Shown here piece by piece: positions 1-14,778 of a DNA stretch of 64,000 bases. The stretch spans positions 32,240,001-32,304,000 of the forward strand of contig NC_043006.1 in assembly GCF_006345805.1 (NCBI RefSeq), written 5' to 3'. The DNA is from Octopus sinensis. Its lineage: Eukaryota. Made by a program: the position numbers and the translations under genes. Each line of letters opens with the position of its first letter. Position 1 is the stretch's first letter. The notes below the pieces were generated by a model. That model did no database searches. It worked only from the letters and a program-made list of their open reading frames with translations, and had not been told where the DNA came from.

Positions 1-10
1 AAGAATATTC

Positions 11-96
11 CTCTTCATCAGTTGTCCCTGTTTCATCTACTCCGCGTTTTCGAAGGTAAGGACAACCGCGTTACGAAGGTAAGGACAATGACGGAG
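11..96 (-). ncRNA. Damaged, strand-rearranged hammerhead-like motif (family 2) in a repeat cut by the window edge
   Basis: Minus strand reads CTCCGTC-A-TTGTCC ... CCTTC-GAAA-ACGCGGAG-tagatgaaaca-GGGACAA-CTGATGA-AGAG. It contains a 23-24 bp internal tandem duplication (42-65/66-88) and is related to 61208-61250. Confidence 0.5.
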
Positions 97-624
97 AAAG
101 TCTGAAAGAACTAATTTTTATAATTTTGCAGTCCTTTGCCATTCTCTAAACTATTTTGCTTTTCCTTTATACGTTTTACTTTTTATTTATTGTTCTTTAT
201 TTTTGGGTTTTTTGTTATTCATTTTGGTTTATTTCAGATATTATCTTCTAAAATGTTGCTTCCCTCGTTTCCTATTTGTTTTTGTTCATTTATGTTTATC
301 AGGCTTAAAGCAAAAATAAGACCGAAGCAATTAAAAGATGAAAGATAAATGAGAATGAAATAAAAAATGCATATATACAAATAGAATTACAGCCGAAGAC
401 CAAAGGCAAAATCACAATCAAACGACCGTATCTACCATAACTTAATTAAGGCAGGAAGACGTGAATATGGACGAGCAGGAAGTGCGAAACTCTGAGGATC
501 TTCTGGTATACGTCAATTATTCTCACTAACAAACATTTCATGTGATCTCTGTATATCATTCCATATATGGAATCTAGCTCAGTAAGACTCATTAATCATC
601 AAAGCTTTAAACTTCTTGGTGACA

Positions 625-714
625 TAATGTAGCTACTATCAATTAGTTATTGGAACCACGAAGGTTTAATTAAACCTTCCTGGTTCCAATAACTAATTGA
701 TAGTAGCTACATTA
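625..714. repeat. Near-perfect 90-bp palindrome
   Basis: TAATGTAGCTAC...GGTTTAA / TTAAACC...GTAGCTACATTA; ~45-bp arms, one mismatch, no loop. Confidence 0.9.
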
Positions 715-1159
715 AATTGACTCTCTTCATTTGTTATTCATTTGCTATTAATTATCTATTATCTGTAATTTGAGACTATGTTCTTCTTGTTCTGTCGACA
801 TTCTCTTTTACTTCCTATTTGTTTGTTGTTCTTGTTGTTTTTGTCTTTATCGTCGACACAACTTTATTTTTTATTTCTTAATTCATTATCCTGTTTTATT
901 TTTATTTTATTCATTTTTATATTTTTATAGTTTTACAGTATTTTATCATTCTGTTAGCAATCTTGTTTTTCCTTTAAGCTTTTTAATTTTTATTTATTGT
1001 TCTTTAATTTTGGGTTATTTGTTGCTTTTTTAAAATTCATTTTGGTTTGTTTCGGATTTTATCTTCGAAAATGTTGTTTCCCTCGTTTCTTATTTGTTGT
1101 TTTTGTTAATTTCTGTTTAATTTTAGCTTTTCCTAATTTTGTTATTTTTAGTTTTTCCT

Positions 1160-1430
1160 CTTCTGCAGACACGAATCAGCAAGAAAATACCTTCTCTATT
1201 CAAGGTGTTTAACACCTTAAGCCGAATTTCATCTTCCCTAGCGGTGTTGCCGCGTTTCAACGCTTTAATCGGTTCTATTAGTTCAGTCTCTCTGAGATTA
1301 GTATTCACCCCTAGCTGCACCTCGTGTCTACCAGAAGATTTTGTCGCGACCGGATTTAGGATATCATCAAAGTATTCTTCCCACTTGCCAAAGATGTTCT
1401 CCGTAGAAAGAACTCCAGAGGAGTTTTTAA
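1160..1430 (-). mobile_element. RTE-like LINE ORF2 fragment (EN-RT linker)
   Basis: Translates to ...WEEYFDDILNP...ELIEPIKALKRGNTAREDEIRLKVLNTLNREGIFLLIRVC, a typical pre-RT region; similar to 2620-2760. Confidence 0.7.
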
Positions 1431-1676
1431 TGGCAAGTTAGTTACGAAGTTAGGAAATCGGCGGATGGATGGTGAGAATGTTTTATTGATTAGTCTGAAG
1501 CAAGGGTAGGGAAATCCCCGCCCGCGAGCCCATTTTATTGCGCCCGCAGGCTGGTATACTGGTATGTAGAAAATATAGTTTTTCAATTATAAAATTTATA
1601 CAATGCTCGCAAGCCTATTTGCGACATAGGACACGTTTCCACTACGACTTAAAACGGTTAGACTCGAACAGAAATC

Positions 1677-2149
<473 letters not shown>

Positions 2150-2559
2150 TCGAACAGAAATCGTTCGGCAATTGCCATTTGTCTGGAAATTTTGTTATCA
2201 CTATAAAACATATTGTTATGTTTGTACCACCCCCTTGAGACCCAGCTACAATCTAGCTGAAAAATATAGTATCAATCATATGTAATATAAACGTCCTAAA
2301 TTCAGTGGTGGTGTTGTTGATGTTACGCGTTAATTTCAATGTGTTAAATTTATCTTTATTAATGTATATCGAATTATACATAGATATATTACACATATAT
2401 AAGTGTTAGAACTTGTGATCCGCCCGTGGAACTTTTTCTTTGGAAATGTTTGCCTGCCGCACTAAAAAGTTACCCCAACCCTGGCCTAAAGTCAGTTTTC
2501 ATCCCATGACTTTGTCTTGGAAATTTTTACTATTCCCGCAACAACTTTTTGCATTTTAG

Positions 2560-3110
2560 GGTACCGTCTGCCCGAAAGGATAGACTTGTTTCCTAACCAA
2601 GAAGCTGCCTTCTTCAGAGTTTGAAGTCGTAGAGACGATTAAAGTGCTCAAATGTGACATGATAAAATTTGGAGATGATGAAATTTGGCTTGAGATGTTT
2701 GAAGCCTTGAATAAAGAAGGTATTCTCTGGCTGACGAATGTATGCTAGGTTGCTTGAACCTATGAAAAGACACAAGACAAAGGTAATCAGGGGCGATAAC
2801 CTATAGCTTTTAAAAGGGAGACAAGAGAAAGTACCCTAATCATAGAGAAATCTCCTTGCTGATCACCTTTGCTAAAGTCTACAACAGATGTCTGGAAAAA
2901 TGACGTTGGGAAACTGTCGACATCAAGCTTGGTGAATGACAGTGTGGCGGTAGTCCTGGATACAGCTCAACCGACCAGATATTTCCTCTTCTGTACGTCT
3001 TCCAGAAATCGTGGAAATATTGCCAGGAAATGCATGCTTACTTTGTAGACATCGAAAATGCATATGAGTGCGTGCAACAGGACATGCTTTGGTGCATGAC
3101 TGTGACAATG
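2560..3110 (+). mobile_element. RTE-like LINE RT fragment, decayed
   Basis: EVVETIKVLK..DDEIWLEMFEALNKEGILWL.., KGDKRKYPNHREISLL.., STDQIF..FVDIENAYECV, with stops and frameshifts. Confidence 0.75.
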
Positions 3111-3810
3111 ACTCAAAGACATCAAGTAATATCTTATATTACTTGATGTCTTTTTATAATAGGACAAATGAGTCATTATAGGACAAATGAGTTCTATAAT
3201 GCTACTTATTATCTCTGTCTCTTTCCGGGATGTTTGGATTCCGTTGAGCCATATTCCTAACAAATCAACCTTCTCCATTCTTCACTCACACCTATATGAA
3301 CTATAGTTATGGTACAATGTATTGGTAAAACTGTTTCCTTTCCATCAAATTATAATCAAGACATCGACTGAGATACAGAAATGTCTTAATTAGCACAGAG
3401 CTATATTCGTCATGATCTGAAAATCGTAATAATATGAACGATATAAAATGAAATGAGATAAAGCAAACGAAATAGGTGTTGGCTTTCCTATGTCTCCTTT
3501 TAACATGAACTTAATGGCCATTCCATGGCACCAATCCTTGCCAGCCGTTTGACGGAGTGATTTTATTGTCGTACAAATTTGACGTTTATTGAGCAATAAA
3601 ATCATCCAAATTGAATGTAATCAGTGAATAATTGCACCCAAACTGAATATGTTCATAAACGAGATTTGTTCATCTTTCTTTATAGATACTAAATGTTAAT
3701 TGTTCCGTTGTAACTGAATTATGAGTGTTAAGTATTTATTAACACAACGTATTTAAATAATTGGACTTGCAAACAGTTGAACGACAGACCTAATAACTCC
3801 TAAATGTCTG

Positions 3811-3892
<82 letters not shown>

Positions 3893-4080
3893 TTTATACA
3901 TGTCTGTATGTATCCTATCCTGAAGTGCAACACCAAACCGTTTTAATCTTGAATTCCGTACAATTGATTTTCCACTAGTTTGCAGCTCTGCGTTCAAATT
4001 CCTACCAAAGACACAAGTAGAAGAGAGAGAGAGAGAGAGGAGAGAGAAGAGAGAGAGTAGAGAGAGAGAGAGAGAGAGGA

Positions 4081-4130
<50 letters not shown>

Positions 4131-5357
4131 AGAGAAGGAGAGAGAGAGAGAGAGAGGGGTTGTCTGCTAGGTCGGCTTGCTTTATAGGTGTTATATTCCA
4201 ATTGTGCCACTCCGTCACATCACACTCGTCGTCGTCACCCGTTGCTATTCTCGTCGTAATTAAACTTTTGCTGTTTGGAGTGATTCTATTTCTGTTGTGG
4301 ATTTGCTGATGACTGAACAACTCCAGGCATAATACACAAATTATTCCACCTGGATACAAACTGTGGCTACGAGAGTTTAAGCAACATATTATTTTTTTCA
4401 CTTTTGTATCATGTTCAGTTCTCTCATTTTGAAAGTTCTTAATTTCTTGACGAACCCATTTTATCTACCTCAGGTGTTTTGTCACCAGCCCTTTCCAACT
4501 GCTAATGCAGGACTTGAGACTCTGTTTCAATAGCTCCTTGAAATGTCCCCTTTCATTTTTCTTTTAGCTGGCAGATCAGCCCACCTAAACTATTGAAGAC
4601 AATTTTCTCAATGCTGGCTGTTTTTTTTATTTCATTGCAGACACTGCTATTCCTTCAATAATTCTCCCGATTTATTTCAAGAATGTTTCCCCCATAGCGA
4701 TGATAAAACCGTTCTAATATTTTCAGTTTGCGATAGGTTTTCCGTGCACCAAACCAATAAATAAAGAAGAGCTGAAAGATACAAACAACCATTTCAATCT
4801 TTGAGAATTGGTGTCGCTAAACAACTAAAGCTTGTTCTAGTACAATGAAGCATGAATCAGGTCATCGATGTCAACATAAAATATGGGAAGATTTGTCCCC
4901 ATATTGAGGATATTTGTGAGAATCACTCTGTTTCGCTAAGAACAGAAATACTTATTCTGACTCGCACACACACACACACACACGCATGCGCGTGCACACA
5001 AACATACACACACACACACACACGCATACACATTTACAAATCCTCGGTCAGTTGCAATGATGGGCATTAGTTGGTTGATCCATGAGCTATTTATACATGA
5101 AATTAATGTGTAAGACAATGAGTATTGCACAGACGTGTACATTTCATGCAATTCTCTTGCCAAATCGAGAGAGACTCTGACGGAGCTGACCCATTAAATT
5201 ACGTTAAAATAGCATTTGAGCAAGTTATTGCATTCGTGGCTCAAATATAGATATGATTATTATTGTTTTAAGCCGCATCAAAATACATGCCAGTTGTTTT
5301 TAAATGGCTTTATTTCTATATCCAACATAATCTATTAAATTATATATATATAAAAAT

Positions 5358-5391
<34 letters not shown>

Positions 5392-5593
5392 AACATTTTA
5401 TTGTTATTTTATTGTTATTCTATTATATGTAATTTTCTAGATGGTGTAATTTAATTGTTCATTTTGAATTGATAAAAGGTGTTTTTTTCCTAATTTTTGA
5501 TATATATATATTATATTATGTGAAAATTGATTTAGCATTTTTAACTTGAATTTTTTCCTTGTAAGCTTTGGATTTTATTCCCTCAAATATTAA

Positions 5594-5712
<119 letters not shown>

Positions 5713-6377
5713 ACAAATGCAGACGGACTTTTAACAAGCAAACAATGTCTGTGTATAAAATAATTTTAGCGAATAGTTGGGATGCCTGCGAGATCCTCTT
5801 CTACAAACTGTTATGATAAGCTGCTCAATAATAAAATTTATTTTAAAATGGCTGTAAGAAAATAATCATTCAAGTACTATCTGAAGTGGACAGTAACCGT
5901 CAGTCATATGATTTACTTGTATAGTGGGTGGGAGGTCAAGGTGTAAGCAATGAAAGATAGATAGATGCATAGATAGAGAGAAAGATAGATAGATAGAGAG
6001 AAAGAGAGAAATAAAGAGAGAAATAAAGAGAGAAAGAAATAGAGAAAGAGAGATAGAGGGAAAGAGACAGAAAGGTAGATAGATACATGGCAAAGCTAGT
6101 AACTCGTTTTTAGAATTAGGATTTAACAGGGAAACGAATATATTTTCACAAGTTTTCTGAAAATGAATTTGAAGAACGTCGATTCATAATTTTCTTTCTG
6201 TTTTGTAAGTGACTTAGTTTTGAAGGAAGAAATTTTCTATTTTTGAACATGGTGGTTTAATACTTTTAATGACCGTCTGGGGAAATATATGTGTGTCTGT
6301 GTATATACTTAATATGATGATGACGACGACGACAACGACTACGATGATGTTGCTGGTGGTGATGGTGGTAGTGTTAG

Positions 6378-6408
<31 letters not shown>

Positions 6409-7083
6409 ATACACTTAGTTGATCCACGGAGGCTTGTATATCCTTTCAGTCTGTAAGTATGGACTAGTTTTGATCCTGATACCTTTTCTTTTGTGGAATG
6501 TTTTACTTCTTATCGAATTTTTGCTTTTCTGATAATAACGTGTCTCCGTGCCTCGATATTTCCGTGTCATTTTCTTCATGCTTTATTATTTGACATTTTT
6601 CCCAAACGTTTCCTCCTAAGATAATTCGTTTGCTTCAGGTTTCTGGCTTATATTACCGGTTTTCTTATTCCATTTCCTTCAAGAATATTAAATAGAAAAG
6701 GTGATTTTGTATACATAAGTTATTTCTTCATTTGTACTTCCTGCCTTTACTCTCTGCTTTAGTTCCTTGACCGTTGTTTCAATTTATTTTCCCTCACTTA
6801 ATACACTTCCTATAATCTATATTTCCTTTTCTTTAATTTACCTTGCCTCCACTAGACCACTACACATAATATCCACTTTTTTCCACCAAGATACCTACAG
6901 GTCTTTCTTTTTCTTTCTCAACAATTATGCAACTACATTCAAGATACAACTTTAATATTTTCACAGGAAATCATATCAATAACACAGTTTACTTTGATTG
7001 TGTTTTGTTTAAGTTTGGTATAATTCACTGATCTCAAATTAACTTATTATATGAACCCCTGGTTCTTTCATCTTCTGCCTCAG

Positions 7084-7306
7084 TTTTTCCACAGCAAGGG
7101 CATCATCCACGTCCACTGGTTTCCCTCTGGCCATACTGTCAACAAAGAGTTATTTGTGGATGCTTTGAGGGAATAGAGGAAATGATTTCGTCACAAAACT
7201 CCAGCGTTCTTCCACTTGAGTCGGTGGCACCTGTACCAGAACAATGTGTCAGTTCGGAACTCTGTTCTGGTAACCAACTACTTGATAGAAATGGGCATCA
7301 AAACTG
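7084..7306 (+). mobile_element. mariner transposase fragment
   Basis: FFHSKGIIHVHWFPSGHTVNKELFVDALRE..WHLYQNNVSVRNSVLVTNYLIEMGIKT resembles the mariner catalytic region (FFD.KG.., HDNAP.H). Confidence 0.7.
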
Positions 7307-7929
7307 GGTCTACAGTGAAATATTTTCATCAACAAAGCTATTGGTTATATATTTTGGCACACGGCCAGAAATTTCGGAGGTGGGGTGGGTGGTGTGAGTA
7401 AGTCGATTACATCAGCCCCAGTGCTCAACAGATACTTATTTTACCGACACCAAAAGAATGAAAAGCAAGTCGAACTCGTCGGAATTTGAATTCGGTCAGC
7501 TCAATGCCTTAAACAACAAAAATATTAAATGTACATACTCTAACTTCTGTATTGTGTTCACTTCTGTACTATTTGCAAAGCCATATACATACACCAGCGT
7601 ATTTATGAGTTTAAGACTTTTCTGTATGCAGTATATCTCAAGTCCGGTTGTCCGTTTCGTGATTGCATTCAGTAACGAAACATCTCACTTAATTAACTCA
7701 ACTTTTCCTGCCAATGTTGTTGTACTTCGGTCGGCCGTAGAGCACCAGGCTGTATATAAACGGCCAGAGTTGAATATCAAATTAAATAATTTTGATGACC
7801 CTTGGGATATCTTGTGTTGAGTCTTTTATATATCTTTTCTCTAGTATATCGAATTCACACTGATATAAAATATACATACATACATTTACATGTATAGATG
7901 CATACACATACATTATGTGTTTCTGTGTA

Positions 7930-7960
<31 letters not shown>

Positions 7961-8058
7961 TGTATGTATGTGTGTGTGTGTATGTATGTATCTATCTATC
8001 TATAGATATATAATATATATATATATATATGTATATGTCTATATGTGTATGTATATGT

Positions 8059-8095
<37 letters not shown>

Positions 8096-8137
8096 GAGTC
8101 ATAGCCAGACTAACAAATATATATATATTATATATAT

Positions 8138-8189
<52 letters not shown>

Positions 8190-8579
8190 ATTTAACAATA
8201 ACTTTCTCAGTTCTTGTTTCAATATTAGAAACCGAGCGGGCAACTCCCCGCCCTACACCCAGTCACCACATTCCAACTTCTTATTGAGATTCCTCACGTC
8301 TCACACTAAAACATTGTAAAGTGAAGGTGGTTGTATGGAGTTTGGACTGGATATCTATTATGAAAAACATGTAAAAACCTCAGTGTTTGCTAACGGGCAA
8401 TTAACGATTTACATTCATGTGACACTGTTTAGTGATTGTGAATCCATTTCTGTTTGGTCCACTGAGAAAATCGATGATGTCAGCTATCAGAAACACGCGA
8501 ACAATGTCGAAAGAGATAATATTCTGATTCACACTTAACCATTATGCTAATTACGAGGATCATCTTCAAACGACAGCTA

Positions 8580-8612
<33 letters not shown>

Positions 8613-8822
8613 GTGTAGATTCTTATCGTCATCGTTGTCATCATCACCATCATAATTATTATCAAAAGAGCATTTATGCCACTGTTTATCCTTGCTGTGT
8701 AGGGCTCAAAAGCCACGGAACTACATGCGATAATTAAAGCAGGATAACGCACCACTACCACCACCACCACCACCACCACCACCACTTGGCGATAACTATT
8801 AACATCGCTTGGCGATAACTAT

Positions 8823-9210
8823 TAATATCCAGTACCACTGCCGTAGTCTCCTTTAGAGAGATTTAGAAATGTTAATATTTCTACTTTTAAAAACAAGTGG
8901 ATGTATTCCACTGAATATAGGTAAATAAACCTTCAAAAAGATGGTCAGCAGCGACGCCTGCTGGGTTCGGCTACTCCACATTGATAAGGGGCAAATACAC
9001 CGAAACTAGTCTGTAGATGTTTGAACTAGCAAAGGGAAGCTGCTGACCTCCCCTGTTCGAAGGTTATAATGGACACAGGTTTGTGTATCACATAGCTAGC
9101 TAGAGGCGATGGCTTCTTGGAGCTAATCAACGGCACCATTCATCCTAATATCCAGTACTGCTACCGTAGTTTCCTTCAGAGAGATTTAGAAACGTTAATA
9201 TTTCTACTTT
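8823..9210 (+). mobile_element. Retrozyme-like ~323-bp unit with partial tandem repeat and a decayed hammerhead
   Basis: ~65-bp direct repeats at 8823-8888 and 9146-9210. HHR-like TCCACA-TTGATAA-GGGG..CACC-GAAA-CTA-GTC-TGTAGA at 8975-9017. Confidence 0.6.
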
Positions 9211-9219
9211 AGATATGAA

Positions 9220-10279
9220 ATACTTAACCCCCAAAAGTGATACAGACAGACTGTATGTGCCAAGAAAAAGAGGGGGAAGAGGACTGATCGGATGCGAATA
9301 CAGCATTAGAGCAGAAGAAAACAACATAGTATAGTATGTAAAAATGCCACAGAACCGCTATTATTGGAAGTAAGAAGCTCAGGCTTGTGTAGGATGGAAG
9401 ATTGCAAAGATAAAGCACTGTACAAGCACTTAAGAATGAATGAAACTGAAAATAGGTGGATAAAGAAAAGAATGCATGGACAATTTCATAGGAATGTTGA
9501 AGATAAGACAGTCAGAGATAAAAGATGGCTATGGATGACTAAAAGTGATTTAAAACCGGGAACGGAGGCTCTAATCTGTGCTGCCCAAGAACAAGCATTA
9601 AGAACGAATTACATCAAATAGACAACACATCAGAAAGTAAAAAGTGCAGAATTGTGGACAAAAAGGCCAAAACTAATGGCATCTTACCAGTCAATGTACG
9701 CCACTAGTCCAGAAAGAATATCATAGACATCATGACAATATAGCAAGGATTGTCCGTTGGACACTTTGCAACAAGTATGGACTTGACAGAGCAAAAAAGT
9801 GGTACGAACATAAACCCGAAGGCATCATCAAAAATGATAATGCAAATATCCTATGGGATTTTATGATTCAGTGCGATTATGAGATGGAGAATTGGAAATC
9901 AGACATTGTGTTAATTGAAAAAGAAAGCACATGATGCTGGATCATAGATATAGCATGGCCAGTTGAAAACATGGTATGTGATAAGGAAGAAAGAAAAGTT
10001 GAGAGATATGACAGGTTAGCTTGGGTGGTTAAGCAGTTGTGGTCGCTGAAAAAGGTGATAGTAGCCCTGGGATCAGTGAGTAAAAATCTTGAGAAGTACA
10101 TGGGACAAATAGGGGCTGAAATAATAGTGGAGCACTTGTAAAAAAAACTGCACGGCTTGGAACCGCTCGAATACTCTGGATAGTGCTTGAAAAATAAGGG
10201 GTGTTACCTTAGTTCAATAGTAGTGAACAGTTGACACCGTAGTACATCTCCAGCGTTAGCAGTTGTGTAAAGTTAACAA

Positions 10280-10280
<1 letters not shown>
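9220..10280 (+). mobile_element. 5'-truncated R4/Dong-like RLE non-LTR retrotransposon ending in (AAT)n
   Basis: DRLYVPRKRGGRGL, HGQFHR, TEALICAAQEQALRTNYIK, CCHC-knuckle remnant, RHD, ILWDF..Q.D, DIV..IIDIA..KEERK..RYD; followed by (AAT)n at 10281-10340. Confidence 0.85.
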
Positions 10281-10339
<59 letters not shown>

Positions 10340-10340
<1 letters not shown>

Positions 10341-10566
10341 TTCAGACAAATACATAACAAAAACACCAGGACTTACAAACACATATAACATACAGAAAAT
10401 TGCACTACTAGGCACTGCACACATCCTACGCAGAACACTTTCCATACAATAACCATCAGAGCATCACAACAAATCACAGCACATACCCAACGCACACAGA
10501 GCTGTGCTCGGTAGTGAAGTGAAAGCACGCTATAAAAATAAAACTACTGAATAATAATAATAATAA
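10340..10566 (+). mobile_element. 3' end of a second R4/Dong-like element in the same (AAT)n tract
   Basis: SDKYITKTPGLTNTYNIQKIALLGTAHILRRTLSIQ* (QK.ALLGTA.ILR terminus), then 3' UTR and (AAT)n. Confidence 0.75.
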
Positions 10567-11268
10567 TGGCAATAATAATACTAAGCGTATGTATGCTCAG
10601 ATATACGTGTGTGTATGCACATGTACGTACGCACCTGCGTTTATTTATATACATAGAGCTAAAGCCCCCTTCTCATCTCTCTCCCTCACTTCCTCCCTTC
10701 CCACTGATCTATGTATGTATATACATATATGTACAAAACGATTCCAAACTGTTTGATCTGCTTTTATTTTCTTTACCTGAACTCCTAATTCCATATATTA
10801 ATCAAGTTATTTTTGAAATTCTTCGACTTACCTGCAAATTTCGAGTTTTTTCCCGCAGTTTTCAAACATTTCTTACAGCATTTTCAAAGGACTTATGTTG
10901 CTTGCGTTTATAGTATTCTTGTTGCGGCTCGTATTGTTTATACTGTTTGTATGTTTTCCCTTAATATTTGTGTTTTGCGCGCGCTTTTCTCCTTTGAGAA
11001 GCTGTAAATATGTATGTTTGAGCTTCTCTCTGTTTGATTTCTCTGACCTTTCAGAAGTTTTGCCATTTTTGTCTGCTTTACTGTTTGAAAATACTTGCGG
11101 GTTGATATGCTTGCGATGTCGGAGGAATTGCTATCATTACAGTGAGGCCATTTTGAACAACATACATCAATACAATTGGCTACTGTACGAAAATATACAC
11201 ACAATAAAAACCATCTTTCGGCGAACATTTTTCCATCCCGTTATCCCTTTTAGCTTTTTATTAAAACA

Positions 11269-11567
11269 CTAGCAGTATCGCCCGGCGTTGCTCGGGTTTG
11301 TAAGGGAAATAACTATATAAGCATTTTTAGAGAGTTACTTCCCTTATATAATAGCAAAAAAATGCATTAAAAATGGGAAAAAATGATGGTAATTTTTTTT
11401 TTAAATCGTAGACTCATCGTAGACGCGCGCTAATACTCAGAAGGGCTCGATATGAATCCCGACTATAAGATACCCGCTTTTGGTTACACTGCACCGCAAA
11501 ATGTGGGAGTAGTTAGGAATCTAAATCGTAGGAGACAGACACAGAACTTCACTTTTATATATAAAGA
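11269..11567 (-). mobile_element. Non-autonomous Helitron
   Basis: Minus strand 5'-TCTTTATATATAAAAG...CCCGAGCAACGCCGGG-CGATACTG-CTAG-3': 3' hairpin plus CTAG, inserted between A and T. Confidence 0.85.
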
Positions 11568-12147
11568 TTACGTTTACGAAACTTTTATCAGGTTTCGGTC
11601 AGCGCTTAACCATACGAAATGCTGCTGCATGAGTTGACCCATCAAACCTGATGCAGGTCATTCACAAGAGTAAAATATAGGAGAGAACAACTTCTTAAAA
11701 GGTTGTAGAACCTCTTATATATTCTCTTTCTATTGAAGACATTAGTAAGTCCTGTATCTTTATTTTAAGGTTGTTACATCTTTTCAAGAAATGTTAATGA
11801 AAGTCTCTTTAATTATTCCGCGTGATCTTTGAAACCTATTGGCTTCATTGTGGCCAACCACATGTGAAATGTTCAGTAGTCGGCATGCGTTAATTGCCTG
11901 CATGTGTTACTGCCAGCATTATTCTTAAGCGCAGATATTGATTAGAAAGAAAACTCATCAAAGTATCAGTATGAGGCTTCGTGTGAAATAAATCTCGTAG
12001 ATTTGTACAGTTTCTTCTGAAATGATAAAGAATTTCAGGATCTCTGATCCGACGAGAGAGTAGAATGTGTGTGTGTGTGTGTGTGCGTGTGTACATATGT
12101 ATATATATATTCAGACACGCACAAACACACACACGTATATATATACG

Positions 12148-12213
<66 letters not shown>

Positions 12214-12388
12214 ATATGCACACAAGACACAGATACAGGCATATTTGTATTGTATTTTGCGCGTGTTTATATGCGTATTTGTGTGTGTATGTTAGTGTGT
12301 GTGTGTATAGATATGTATATATATATACATATTCAAATAATATATATATATGTATATATACATATACATATATATATATATATATATA

Positions 12389-12465
<77 letters not shown>

Positions 12466-12504
12466 ATATATATATATATATATATATATTTATTATATAG
12501 AAGG

Positions 12505-12555
12505 AGCTTCTACAGGACTAGAACTGTTTCATTCAAGAGAAATCTTCAGGAAGCT
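12505..12555 (-). ncRNA. Type I hammerhead ribozyme at the Penelope 3' end
   Basis: AGCTTC-CTGAAGA-tTTCtcttGAAt-GAAA-CAG..CTG-TA-GAAGCT; GUA site, 6-bp stem I. Confidence 0.75.
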
Positions 12556-13152
12556 AGTTAACAAGAATTGTATTGGCATTTATACATTTAGGCAGGTTTA
12601 AAGGGGTGTTGGTGGGGACTTTTTGGGGGTAGGCATAGCGCAAAATATCATACTGGGGAGTGGTCAAGGAGTCAGTGTTAAATTAGATAGAAGAATAAAT
12701 AAAAAAATAAAAAAATAAAAAAATAAAAAATTATATAAAAAGGGGAATAGAGTTTTAGGTAAATAAGGAGATTCTCACTTATACCTATGCACACATGTAT
12801 ACATACATACACACACATACAAACATATATACATATACATACACACATACATACACCACATATATATACATATATATACACTTACACATACACATACATA
12901 TACATATCTACACATACACATATATGTATACATACACACACTCACATGCATACACGTATACACACATGTATATATACACACACGACCACACATACATATA
13001 CGCACAGAAAAATATATATACACATACACACACATACTCACATACACGCATACACACACATATCCACACACACACATGCACACACAGCACACTAGTCCCT
13101 ATATACACATATATACACATACACACACATATACACACACATACATACATAT

Positions 13153-13194
<42 letters not shown>

Positions 13195-13596
13195 GTGTAC
13201 CTATGCATACCTACACATACACACATATATATACACATACAATACAGACCCTTCCCTAATTTTAATTTTATTATCTCGTTTATTACTTTTGTTATCTTTG
13301 GCCGCTTGGTCACAAACATCTTGGCTATGACAGCCAGTCCATTTATCTGTCTACTGGAAAACAAGCACTCATTCACTCACGCACACTCTTTAGCACGTAC
13401 ACTCACTCATTCGTACACTCATACACATACACGCACGCACGCGTTATATTCATACATACATACATCTACATACATTCACTATATACACATACGTACGCGT
13501 ACCTACAGATTCATGTCTACACTCTTAGAAGGCTAGTCTATATATATACACCAATAATATAAATACACACACATACATATACACCTACATACAAAT

Positions 13597-13661
<65 letters not shown>

Positions 13662-14034
13662 CATATATAAATACACATATATATATATATACATATACCA
13701 CACATACGCATACACACACATATACATATATATACACTACACGCACATACACATGTACATGCGTCCCCATACACACACACACACACGCGCGCATCCATAT
13801 ATACACATAAGTACACACATGCGTAAAAGTATACATATATCTATGCTTACACATACACACACACACGCGCGCCTCCTTATATTCATACTTACATGCATAC
13901 TCAAAAAATAAGTAAATAGTAAATATATATACGCGCAGTTATTCGTACATGCATACTCAAAATATAAATAATAAATATTAAGTATATGTACGTGCAGTTA
14001 CCTATTATATAGACGGATACATACATATAAACTT

Positions 14035-14125
<91 letters not shown>

Positions 14126-14592
14126 CATATATACACATACACATACACATACATATATACATACATATATATACACACACACACACATACACATACATAT
14201 ATACATATATATACATACTTACACACATGTACATATAAATACACACATAGATAACTCTACGTACCTACATATACATAAACACACGAGCGTACGCGTATAT
14301 GTACATATACACATACACATACACACGCATATATATACATACATACATACACATACACACATGTATACACACACATATACATACATACACATATACATAC
14401 ATATATATATATATATATATACATATATATATACACATATACATATACATATACATACACACACTATATACATGTGTGCAAACATACATACATTCTCATA
14501 CAAGCACACACACTTACATTTACATATACACACACTTACACCATATATACATACACATATACATACATACATACATACGTATATGCATACAT

Positions 14593-14623
<31 letters not shown>

Positions 14624-14722
14624 CATACATACATACACATACACATACCCATACATATATATACACACATATACATATACACATGCACATACTTATATCT
14701 CTACATACTCGCATATACATAT

Positions 14723-14778
<56 letters not shown>

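Noticed and set aside
3-60. Possible exon ending at a GTAAG donor
   Set aside because: The donor lies in a 23-24 bp tandem duplication, and the region is better explained as a minus-strand HHR repeat.
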